From positions 1 through 64,000 of the IMG/VR virus record IMGVR_UViG_2898902220_000006: a stretch of 64,000 nt of DNA. The stretch is one strand, 5' to 3'. Below the pieces are notes generated by a model. That model did no database searches, was not told the origin of the DNA, and saw only the letters and a program-made list of their open reading frames with translations. The position numbers and the translations under genes are program-made. Source of the DNA: a virus. Lineage: Duplodnaviria > Caudoviricetes. Position 1 is the stretch's first letter; each line of letters opens with the position of its first letter. Below, piece after piece: positions 40,182-48,248 of the stretch.

Positions 40182-40264
40182 ATCACCTCACCATCGATTA
40201 TACACAAGTTTTGAAATGTACACATTGTGGGTTGAACGAAAGTAGAGAATAGTAAAATTTTTCA

Positions 40265-40273
40265 TGTTATAAT
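40265..40273 (+). promoter_or_regulatory. Extended -10 promoter for toxin mRNA
   Basis: TGtTATAAT about 7 nt upstream of the structured leader. Confidence 0.6.
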
Positions 40274-40353
40274 AACCAAGTACAATAGAATCGGCTCTCT
40301 CAATGGCGATCCTGGCTCATCCCCATGTCACAAATAGCAAGGGGGTGACGCTC

Positions 40354-40446
40354 ATGTCCGTATATGAAGCTCTTATGGTAATGTTTGCTTTCGGAACATT
40401 TATCATTGCTTTAATTGGACTATTTGTCAAAATGACAAAAAAGTAA
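40354..40446 (+). CDS. 30-aa holin-like type I toxin (not in ORF track)
   Basis: RBS AAGGGGGTGA; MSVYEALMVMFAFGTFIIALIGLFVKMTKK, a single TM helix with basic tail. Confidence 0.85.
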   Translation: MSVYEALMVMFAFGTFIIALIGLFVKMTKK

Positions 40447-40560
40447 GATCGCCATTGAGCCGTGGAAAGCTAGACGATCTTACTCCGTGATTTGAGCCAA
40501 TCCCATTGAGGGATGGTCTATTGTACAAACCGTAGGTGCTCTAACACCTGCGGTCTTTTT
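40447..40560 (-). ncRNA. Putative antisense antitoxin RNA overlapping the toxin 3' UTR
   Basis: Long structured 3' UTR; possible minus-strand TATAAT near 40592-40597; ends not determinable. Confidence 0.4.
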
Positions 40561-40561
40561 T
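40529..40561 (+). terminator. Toxin mRNA terminator
   Basis: ACCGTAGGTG-ctctaa-CACCTGCGGT followed by T run. Confidence 0.8.
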
Positions 40562-40767
40562 ATTATATGCGCTTGTACTTCTATAATACCATATTATAGG
40601 CATTCTGAAACAATATAAATGATTAGAGGAGGTAAAAAATTAATGTTTTATGTGTAGAAAGAAAAGAGAATGAAGAGTAAAATGTTAATGAAGTGAAAAA
40701 AAGATACTGAACGAAAGGAGAAAAGTTATAAGAGAGATTTTACTACTGATAGATTGAGGTAATATGA

Positions 40768-41436
40768 ATGGACACTTTCATGTACATAATTTTAGGTAGC
40801 ATCGATATTCTGGCGATATTAGTCCTGGCGTTCAAGATATTTCGCTTCCCTCTGGCGTGGAAAAAAGAGTTTTTAATCATATCAATCACAGCATCATTAA
40901 TATCATACTTGAATAGGGTAATACTTGATATTCCAAATGTTGACAGTTGGTTGCAATATTCGATAATTATTTTGTTTTTCAGATATATGTTAAAGGTGAA
41001 GTTATTTGACAGTATAGTAGTAGCAACTGTAGGATATTTAGGCTTTAACATCGTACAATACAGTACATACGTAGTTATGCTCTGGACAGGGATAGTATCG
41101 TTTGCTGATGGACAAGCACTAACAAACTTGGGTACTTACCTAATACAGTTAACAACTCATCTATTTATGTTTGGTGTAGCCTGGTTAATCTACAGATACA
41201 ATCATGGATTTTCATTTATTATGGTCCCGCCACATGATGTCCATATAAAGATTAAAATGACACCTTTAAAATATCTAATAATGACAATGGTGTTTCTATC
41301 ATCAACAACAATTTTAGTTGTAACAAATTGGATGCTTGCATTCAATGGAAACCCAACTTGGTTAGTGCCTGTTTTCATAATCTATTTAATTATCCTTATC
41401 AAGTTATTGGAGAAAAAGGAAATGACCAATGATTGA
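40768..41436 (+). CDS. Polytopic membrane protein resembling an AgrC-type sensor domain without a kinase
   Basis: About 7 hydrophobic segments, 222 aa, stop overlaps agrB start; no H-box or HATPase. Confidence 0.75.
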   Translation: MDTFMYIILGSIDILAILVLAFKIFRFPLAWKKEFLIISITASLISYLNRVILDIPNVDSWLQYSIIILFFRYMLKVKLFDSIVVATVGYLGFNIVQYSTYVVMLWTGIVSFADGQALTNLGTYLIQLTTHLFMFGVAWLIYRYNHGFSFIMVPPHDVHIKIKMTPLKYLIMTMVFLSSTTILVVTNWMLAFNGNPTWLVPVFIIYLIILIKLLEKKEMTND

Positions 41437-41941
41437 AAAACTATCCTATTCTCTTGCGGTTAAGATTCACGATGCCAATCCCGATAAAAAAGAGAGTGTG
41501 GATGTCTTGTCTTATTCATTGTCCATTACCCTTAATTATTTACTAGTATTATTTTTTTCTTTATTGATCGGTTACTTAACAAATGAATTTGTTGACACAA
41601 TTATTTCAATGGTGAGTTTTATTGCTCTACGTATTTTTTCAAAGGGGTATCATGCAAAATCATTAACTACATGCTTTATTTTGACAACAGCGATCATAGC
41701 ATTGATTCCTCATGTTCCAATGCAAGATTATCTGAGTGTTACTAATATAGTAAACGTTTTTCTGGTGCTATTTCTCGCGCCAAATGGTAGATTCGAGGAA
41801 GAAGTAATCCCTCAAAAAAGAGTTTATTTACTAAAAGGAATTTCATTGATTATAGTCCTATCCAACTTTATTATCTCGTCGCATATTGTGGCTCTATCTT
41901 TTTTTGCGCAATCATTATTATTACTACCTAAAAGGAGGTGA
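41429..41941 (+). CDS. agrB: AgrB-family peptide-processing membrane protein
   Basis: FIALRIFSKGYHAKSLTTC (R..GG.H...C-type motif), LAPN. Confidence 0.88.
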   Translation: MIEKLSYSLAVKIHDANPDKKESVDVLSYSLSITLNYLLVLFFSLLIGYLTNEFVDTIISMVSFIALRIFSKGYHAKSLTTCFILTTAIIALIPHVPMQDYLSVTNIVNVFLVLFLAPNGRFEEEVIPQKRVYLLKGISLIIVLSNFIISSHIVALSFFAQSLLLLPKRR

Positions 41942-41946
41942 GGACA

Positions 41947-42066
41947 ATGAATAAACAGTTCGCGAAAACAATTTCAAAGGGATTAGGTACTTTGGGTAAG
42001 GTTTATACAAAGCTTGCCAAAGTTACAATCGGTAGCCCGGTTGTACCTAAAGAATTAAGAAAGTAA
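41947..42066 (+). CDS. agrD: AgrD-like 39-aa propeptide (not in ORF track)
   Basis: RBS AAGGAGGTGAGG; MNKQFAKTISKGLGTLGKVYTKLAKVTIGSPVVPKELRK; amphipathic leader and PxxPKEL tail. Confidence 0.8.
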   Translation: MNKQFAKTISKGLGTLGKVYTKLAKVTIGSPVVPKELRK

Positions 42067-42076
42067 GAGTAGAGCT

Positions 42077-42445
42077 ATGGGGAATTCGCCAAAGTTTTTT
42101 GGAATAACGCCGTCGGGGAATAGAAGCGATAGATCAGCGTATGTAGAACTCTCAATAGATGACTTTAATTTCGTTAATCGGTATAACGATACAACCATTG
42201 CATACAATACGAATAAAGGGTTATTCTTACCTGTGAACTCGTTGGAAGGTATGTTCATTTGTCTTGAAAAATACGGATTCACAAACTTAGACTCAACGAA
42301 TGTCACAAATCTTAAAAATATAGAAAGTATAGATGTTAGTCCATATGGGATCGGCGTCCACTTTCCAAACGGAATGCATACAACTGCATCTCGGATCAAG
42401 TATAAACAATTTTTAAAAGACTTACCGAAAAGGCCACCTAAATAA
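42077..42445 (+). CDS. Stand-alone LytTR DNA-binding domain protein
   Basis: GFTNLDSTNVTNLKNIESI...VHFPNG...ASRIKYK; no receiver domain. Confidence 0.82.
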   Translation: MGNSPKFFGITPSGNRSDRSAYVELSIDDFNFVNRYNDTTIAYNTNKGLFLPVNSLEGMFICLEKYGFTNLDSTNVTNLKNIESIDVSPYGIGVHFPNGMHTTASRIKYKQFLKDLPKRPPK

Positions 42446-42718
42446 GGTGGTTTTTTTGTGTCTTTTATTCAATGTTTTAAGTGGGGTATTATACATCAGG
42501 ATAATGCAAAAGTAAAGTTAAATTGACCTAGGGGTCTATTGACACTTAACAATCGCAAGATTCGACAAAAAACTAACTTTTTAGATGGTACATTTTTTAA
42601 AGAAATAAAAATTCATTCATTATCACTTTAAATAAATTAAAATTACGAATCATTACTCAGCGTTCTATCTGTAAGAGCAAGAATGTAGCGATTTTATTTT
42701 CCGCTGGAGGTGCGTGTT

Positions 42719-42850
42719 ATGGATAAAACCAAAAAAGTAAATATACCTTTTACTACAAAAGATGTTGAAATACTTAAGGATATTCTTACGAATAAAAAGC
42801 AGTTAGCAAAAACGTATAAAGAAAAACTAAAAGCCATCCTTTCATCTTAA
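42719..42850 (+). CDS. 43-aa basic protein convergent on repressor (not in ORF track)
   Basis: RBS GGAGGTG; MDKTKKVNIPFTTKDVEILKDILTNKK... Confidence 0.6.
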   Translation: MDKTKKVNIPFTTKDVEILKDILTNKKQLAKTYKEKLKAILSS

Positions 42851-42865
42851 AAAGGATGGCTTTCT
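42827..42865. terminator. Bidirectional terminator between 43-aa ORF and repressor
   Basis: AAAGCCATCCTTT...AAAGGATGGCTTT. Confidence 0.7.
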
Positions 42866-43247
42866 AATTATCTATCTCTGATTTAAAGGCTTCTAGAAGC
42901 TCTTTTACTAAATGCTTTTTGTTTGGAGGTAGGTTACGGATTAGATTGATAATATTTTTGTCTTCTTCAGAAAGAGTCGGGTCATTAATGGTAGAGATAA
43001 ATGGATCAGTTATATCTGTACTGCATTTTTCATTAGTTCTTCCTAATAAGTAGTCAACAGAAACATTAAAGAAATCAGCTATTTTTTCTAATCGTTCATG
43101 CCTTGGCAAACTTTGATCTGATGATTCTAATCTTCTGATTGTAGACTCGGGTATGTCTAAAGCTCTAGCTAATTCTTCTTGTGTTATCATTTTTTCTGCT
43201 CTTAATTCTTTTAAACGTTTTTTAAAAATCATAGATATCACGCTCAT
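42864..43247 (-). CDS. Prophage B immunity repressor, XRE family
   Basis: FKKRLKELRAEKMITQEELARAL...FFNVSVDYLLGRT. Confidence 0.9.
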   Translation of the reverse strand: MSVISMIFKKRLKELRAEKMITQEELARALDIPESTIRRLESSDQSLPRHERLEKIADFFNVSVDYLLGRTNEKCSTDITDPFISTINDPTLSEEDKNIINLIRNLPPNKKHLVKELLEAFKSEIDN

Positions 43248-43273
43248 TTCTTGACTTGATTATACACAAAAAC

Positions 43274-43367
43274 GCTCATTTAATAAACGTTCAATAATTG
43301 AACAAAAAGATGTTGACATGCTCATAATTTGAACGTATACTAGCATTATAAAGTTCATTAAACGAGC
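43274..43367. promoter_or_regulatory. Operators GYTCA-N5-TGARC in the repressor/cro intergenic region
   Basis: GTTCAATAATTGAAC at 43289, GCTCATAATTTGAAC at 43320, GTTCATTAAACGAGC at 43353; another copy at 43590. Confidence 0.65.
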
Positions 43368-43376
43368 TAAAGGAGG

Positions 43377-43622
43377 TTGAACATGAAAAAACTTATACCC
43401 TTAGAAAATTTAATTAAAACGCGTCTAGGTTTAAAGTTGACGCAAGGTGAGTTAGCTAAAAGAGCTGATTTATCTAGAGCAATGCTATCTAACATAGAAC
43501 GAGGATATGCACTGCCATCCCTACCTGTTGCTTACCGTATTTCAAAAGTATTAAAAAAACCAATTGAATATATTTTTTTTAATGAAAACGCTCGAAATAT
43601 GAGCGGAAAACGATCAGCATAA
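43377..43622 (+). CDS. Cro-like XRE regulator
   Basis: LTQGELAKRADLSRAMLSNIERG...PSLPVAYRI. Confidence 0.9.
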   Translation: MNMKKLIPLENLIKTRLGLKLTQGELAKRADLSRAMLSNIERGYALPSLPVAYRISKVLKKPIEYIFFNENARNMSGKRSA

Positions 43623-43675
43623 GAGTGATTACATGGACGAGCAGAACAAGGAGAGATGAGCCGCCAGTAAGACGG

Positions 43676-43900
43676 CTATTGATTAGTTAAAACACGCTTA
43701 ATCAGCTTAATATCCGTTTCAAGAGCTTCAATTTTACTAGTAGCCTCGTTTAAATTAGCTTCTTGCTCAGTGTTGTGAGCAACTTGTGTATAGATGGTAT
43801 CAAGTTTTTGTTTAATCTCGTTTACATCATCTTTGGTAGCCATTGTTGACTTAATGATTGTGAGTTCTTCAAGGATTTGTTTAAGAAGCTTTTCATTCAT
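43676..43900 (-). CDS. Small coiled-coil hypothetical protein
   Basis: RBS GGGAAGGGTG; overlaps stop of the upstream XRE gene. Confidence 0.7.
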   Translation of the reverse strand: MNEKLLKQILEELTIIKSTMATKDDVNEIKQKLDTIYTQVAHNTEQEANLNEATSKIEALETDIKLIKRVLTNQ

Positions 43901-44213
43901 TAGAATTCACCCTTCCCAAAATGGTTTGGAGCATATCAGTAACTTTCTTCCGTTCCTCTGGAGTTAGCTTCTTTGCTGTCTCGATGAGTTGAAGTAGGTC
44001 AGTTGGCACAGCTGGTTCTTTACCAGCAAAGAAATCATATAGCGTGACTCCAAGAGCAGTACAGATAACCGAAAGTGCTTCTAAGTCAATTCGTCGTTGC
44101 CCGTTTTCGAGTTTACTTATTGCAGACTGTGACATGCCTGTTAGTTTCGCAAGTTCTACAGTCGACAGGCCAGATAGTTGTCTTAATTCTTTTAATCTAT
44201 CAGAAAAAATCAT
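43893..44213 (-). CDS. Second XRE-family regulator
   Basis: FSDRLKELR...SQSAISKLENGQRR...TLYDFF. Confidence 0.88.
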   Translation of the reverse strand: MIFSDRLKELRQLSGLSTVELAKLTGMSQSAISKLENGQRRIDLEALSVICTALGVTLYDFFAGKEPAVPTDLLQLIETAKKLTPEERKKVTDMLQTILGRVNSNE

Positions 44214-44390
44214 TGGTCATCTCTCCGGATTTATTCCATTTTGGAATTTAGTTAGTTCTAGTTTAAGTGGCTGGAACTGATTGAACAAGGGATGACTAAA
44301 AATTTCATAATAATATTCTTTAATGGACTAGACAAACTAATCCAAAATAGAATATAATCGTAATAAGACCAACTATGAAAAGTCAAGGAG

Positions 44391-44606
44391 GTGAGATTAA
44401 TGACTGGACAAAGGCTAAAACTTATTCGGGAAAGTAAAAACATTACACAGCATGAGCTTGCTGTAAGAACAGGGTTCACTCAGTCAAAAATCAGTAAACT
44501 TGAACGAGGTTCCATTAGATTAAAACTTGATGACTTAATATTGATCGCTGGTACTCTAAGCGTCCCAATAACAGACTTGCTTGATGAAGAAAAACAATCA
44601 GCATAG
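44391..44606 (+). CDS. Second Cro-like XRE regulator
   Basis: GQRLKLIRESKNITQHELA...SKISKLERG. Confidence 0.88.
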   Translation: MRLMTGQRLKLIRESKNITQHELAVRTGFTQSKISKLERGSIRLKLDDLILIAGTLSVPITDLLDEEKQSA

Positions 44607-44765
44607 GAGTGATAAGAATGTCAATTACAACTCAACAAGAGTTAGAAAAAACTATTGTTATTTTATGCGGATGGGTCAACGAGCGAGTTACAGGTACATG
44701 CTCGGAAGAACAGAGAGAAATCCTTCCGAGCGTAATACAAAGTATTTCAGGTTTAGTCGAGGCAA

Positions 44766-44951
44766 TTAAAAGCTAACTGGCCTTTCGCTTCCCTCTTTGA
44801 CAGTTTGAAGGGTTGTTTTATAAAACTTTGAAATTTCTTCTGCTCTTTTTTCATTATCTTCGTGTAAATCTGTAGATTTATGTAACCGAATGTAACCTGC
44901 ATTAAGAGCAGCAATAACAATATCACGAGTTATTTCTTCAGGTTTAGCCAT
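44766..44951 (-). CDS. Hypothetical protein (counter-oriented)
   Basis: RBS GAGAGGAGGTG; own promoter-like GGTAAAAT. Confidence 0.7.
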   Translation of the reverse strand: MAKPEEITRDIVIAALNAGYIRLHKSTDLHEDNEKRAEEISKFYKTTLQTVKEGSERPVSF

Positions 44952-45107
44952 TTAAATCACCTCCTCTCATGGTTATGAAGTCGGACAACTCCATTTTACC
45001 AGAAGGAGGAAATTTAATGTAGTTAAAGGAGCAAGCAAATGTCGATATCATCTAGGGTTGTCCCATTAACATCACCACATATAAATAGGTCAAGAGGTGA
45101 TGAGAGA

Positions 45108-45530
45108 ATGGAAAAATTCGGTCCTTGGTTCAAAGTGCTACGTGAGTCAAAAAAGATGACGGTTGATGAACTATCTAACATCTCAGATGTAAGCATTGAT
45201 TACATCACAGAGATGGAGGAGGAAGAAAGATTCCTGATCGAACCGGAAGCCTTCAGAAAGATAGCTCATGTTTTGAAAGTGGACTTTGTGGACTTGATTT
45301 CCAAAGCAAGCTTCTTAGCAAAAAGAGAAGATCGACCTTTATTTGTAAAACAACATGGCTTAACAACCATAAAAATCAGATCTACTCTTCCGTTCATGAC
45401 ACCAGACGAAAGAGATAAATGGTACGACGATAATGCTGATTTACCAGAAGTGAAGAACTATCGTAGAGCTTTGGCTCAAGCAAACATTTATCTTCACGAA
45501 CGAGATCAAAACAATGTATCTACAGCATAA
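45108..45530 (+). CDS. XRE-HTH protein
   Basis: FGPWFKVLRESKKMTVDELS...FRKIAHVLKV. Confidence 0.75.
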   Translation: MEKFGPWFKVLRESKKMTVDELSNISDVSIDYITEMEEEERFLIEPEAFRKIAHVLKVDFVDLISKASFLAKREDRPLFVKQHGLTTIKIRSTLPFMTPDERDKWYDDNADLPEVKNYRRALAQANIYLHERDQNNVSTA

Positions 45531-45657
45531 ATGCCCAGACTGGGCATGGTGGACAAGCTTACAAAAATTCCCCCAGGTGAGCAGCCCGAGGGAAAGCATG
45601 AAAGATGAACACAATTTAATTGTAATGCCTGATGAAGGCGAAAGGGAGACTAATTTC

Positions 45658-46257
45658 ATGGCGATTCAACCGAGTTTTATGTGGAATTTCGGGGAGTTTT
45701 TACGACATTTCAGGGTTCATGGAGGTAATCATGACTTTTCAACGCAGGTCAAACTTGCCAAGCACCTGCGTATTGATCCAAAGAAAATTTCAAAAGTGGA
45801 ATGCGAAAACGAAGGCATTGACATCGAGACAGCAGCCAAATGGTGCAAAGCAGTTGGATGGTACGAAGGGCTGGACCTCCTCTCAAGCAAGCTAGGTCTT
45901 GACCCTTTTGGTCTCATCCCTGTAAATCCAAAGCTTAATGAAAACGTACTGGCAGCGCTCAATAATCTACACACTCAGCTAACAGATGCATTACGTGCAG
46001 TGGAGAAATTGCAGGAAGAAGAACGTAAAGCTCAGCCAGCTATAGCAAGAGGAGTATATAAACCAAACAAAAACATGGTGATGTACAAAAAAGAAATTGC
46101 TGACTGCATCCCTGCTGTTAAAACATTCTTCTACGCTAATGAGCGACAAAACCGAATTGGAATGAAAGAAATAGGAGCCTTATGGAACCAGCAAGCTTTA
46201 GATGACCTAGTTGCAATGCCAAAGATTGATGAGTTTAGAGCACCAGTAGCTCTGTGA
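45658..46257 (+). CDS. HTH-containing phage regulator
   Basis: RBS AAGGGAG; TQVKLAKHLRIDPKKISKVE. Confidence 0.7.
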   Translation: MAIQPSFMWNFGEFLRHFRVHGGNHDFSTQVKLAKHLRIDPKKISKVECENEGIDIETAAKWCKAVGWYEGLDLLSSKLGLDPFGLIPVNPKLNENVLAALNNLHTQLTDALRAVEKLQEEERKAQPAIARGVYKPNKNMVMYKKEIADCIPAVKTFFYANERQNRIGMKEIGALWNQQALDDLVAMPKIDEFRAPVAL

Positions 46258-46448
46258 AGGGAGGTGAGAAGGTGAAAGAAATGTTAGACGGTCTAGATGA
46301 AGAGGAGCTGTATCACATCATAAATGGGATGCTTGATCTTTCGAAGATTAGTCTAAGAGATGGAAAAATCATTGATGCAAAAAAAGCAAGAGATTATTGC
46401 AAGAAAGGTATCGGATATCAAGGTAACACGTCAGGTCGAACAAGCTAA
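46254..46448 (+). CDS. Hypothetical protein
   Basis: Coupled small early gene. Confidence 0.55.
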   Translation: MKGGEKVKEMLDGLDEEELYHIINGMLDLSKISLRDGKIIDAKKARDYCKKGIGYQGNTSGRTS

Positions 46449-46475
46449 ACAAATCCTAAACAGGGAGGTAACAGC

Positions 46476-46745
46476 TTGAACATTCAATTTCCTGAACTGG
46501 ATGAAGCAGTTAGCAAATTCCTTGAAGACAACAAAAAATGTAGTTCCAAGATTTTATCAGATAAAACGCATCTGAGTACAAACATACCATTTCGAGAAGT
46601 TTGTATTGCAACATCATCTATCATGGATATCTTTCGTCAAGGTTACGACTTGGATTTTAAAAAGTACACAGAGCTTGAACGCGTGTGGATCAGCATACAA
46701 CATGCAAAGGATTTTCTGAATCACTATGAAGGAAAGGGTGAGTGA
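46476..46745 (+). CDS. Hypothetical protein
   Basis: TTG after GGGAGG. Confidence 0.65.
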   Translation: MNIQFPELDEAVSKFLEDNKKCSSKILSDKTHLSTNIPFREVCIATSSIMDIFRQGYDLDFKKYTELERVWISIQHAKDFLNHYEGKGE

Positions 46746-46747
46746 CT

Positions 46748-46909
46748 ATGACGTTGGCGACCTTAGAAAGGAAATTAAGAAAGGCGCAACTTGAAATGAT
46801 GAAAAGCAAAAGCGATGCAATAGCTCATGAAGCTATGAGAGCATACGTGAGGGAGTTGGAAAGCCAGATAAAAGAAAAAACCGCCTGCTCTCAACAGACG
46901 GCATCTTGA
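46748..46909 (+). CDS. 53-aa hypothetical protein (not in ORF track)
   Basis: RBS AAGGGTGAG; MTLATLERKLRKAQLEMMK... Confidence 0.55.
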   Translation: MTLATLERKLRKAQLEMMKSKSDAIAHEAMRAYVRELESQIKEKTACSQQTAS

Positions 46910-46969
46910 AAAATTATCTTATGTATATTTTAGCACATCAAACAAAAAACCAAAAGGGGCTGTTGATCA

Positions 46970-47515
46970 ATGAAAACTAGAGTTGGCCATGTGTACTGGG
47001 TAGATGAATTTTACTTGCATTCTGAAACAAGTACTCATCAAACCTACGGTAGAGCGAATCGAAAGAAGCGCTCAAGAGAAATAAAGAGTCGAAACCAAGG
47101 GGAATATCCTTGGTCTACCGGAAATGACCTCCCGGTACTGATGAGACAGGTTGTGAAAGGAGTTGCTATACGGAACAAGACAAACAAAAATCCCCTGCTA
47201 CCAACAGGGGACCTTGAAACAAAATATGTACCTCTACCATACCAAATGATTGGAGGATGGACAAGCATGGAACGAAATATTAGAACCGTTCAAATGGAGC
47301 TAAACGAACAAAATCGTGCTATCGATCGCTTAAATACAGAAATTATATCAATGGATGAAGAAATGCGAGCTTTAGAAGAAAAAATCAATAAGATCGGTAG
47401 AGAGCTTGCTGAAATGGAATCAACAAGAAGTGGATTACGGGAAGAGTTATGGCGCCGCGAAGACTATGTAGCAGCCTTAGTACGGGAGGGAAAACATCAT
47501 GCCAACATTGCTTGA
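46970..47515 (+). CDS. Coiled-coil hypothetical protein (second strong start at 47267)
   Basis: GGAGG RBS before ATG 47267; heptad repeats. Confidence 0.6.
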   Translation: MKTRVGHVYWVDEFYLHSETSTHQTYGRANRKKRSREIKSRNQGEYPWSTGNDLPVLMRQVVKGVAIRNKTNKNPLLPTGDLETKYVPLPYQMIGGWTSMERNIRTVQMELNEQNRAIDRLNTEIISMDEEMRALEEKINKIGRELAEMESTRSGLREELWRREDYVAALVREGKHHANIA

Positions 47516-47756
47516 TTTTCCAGAGTATACAGAGCGTGTTGAACCAGATCGGCAAGGGTATCTCCTTCATGGCATTACAACCTTTAATGAACCTGGGGAT
47601 GAGCTACGGGAAAAGGTAGAAAGCATTAACGAGGATTTAAAATACCTACTTTTATCTTGGGAAGAGTTTTCATCAGAACAAAATTTTGAATATCTAATGG
47701 ATGTGAAAAAACACTTTGACCAAGTGATGAAGCTCTACGGAGGTGTTGGACTGTGA
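47499..47756 (+). CDS. Hypothetical protein
   Basis: RBS GGGAGGG. Confidence 0.65.
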   Translation: MPTLLDFPEYTERVEPDRQGYLLHGITTFNEPGDELREKVESINEDLKYLLLSWEEFSSEQNFEYLMDVKKHFDQVMKLYGGVGL

Positions 47757-48238
47757 GGCTGTATGATCTAGCTGGCGCTTACGCAGAGGTTGCACAAATC
47801 ATAATGGATGATGAGACGCAAATAGAGGCTCTAGGCGACACCCTCCAATCCCTAGAGGGTGCTATCGAAAACAAGGCTGATAACATTGCAAAAATGGTGC
47901 GTAATATCGCGGCTGAAGTAGACATGATTAAGCTCGAAGAGGTTCGTCTAGCTGAACGTAGGAGGCGCCTAGAAAAGAAGCAGGAGGGCTTAAAACTCTA
48001 TCTTAAAGAGCAACTAGAGATTGCCGGATTACAAAAAGTCAAAACACCGATCTTCACTATCTCACTTAGAAAGAGTCCCGGTTCAGTACAAGTGGTAAAC
48101 GAAATTGAAATCCCACAAATGTTCTGGGTAACGCCACCACCGATTCTTGATAAAAAGTCGATGTCAGAACGTTTGAAATCAGGTGAGGAAATACCAGGTG
48201 TAACGCTAGTAAAAGGTACTTCCTTACAGATCAAATAG
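47753..48238 (+). CDS. Siphovirus Gp157-family protein
   Basis: LYDLAGAY...IENKADNIAK...LKSGEEIPGVTL. Confidence 0.9.
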   Translation: MRLYDLAGAYAEVAQIIMDDETQIEALGDTLQSLEGAIENKADNIAKMVRNIAAEVDMIKLEEVRLAERRRRLEKKQEGLKLYLKEQLEIAGLQKVKTPIFTISLRKSPGSVQVVNEIEIPQMFWVTPPPILDKKSMSERLKSGEEIPGVTLVKGTSLQIK

Positions 48239-48248
48239 GAGTGAGAAC

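Noticed and set aside
39754-41051. ORFs 39754-40245 (+) and 40743-41051 (-)
   Set aside because: Antisense shadows of the integrase and the membrane sensor
42561-42567. Spo0A box (TTCGACA) upstream of the 43-aa ORF
   Set aside because: A single 7-mer is expected many times by chance in 64 kb
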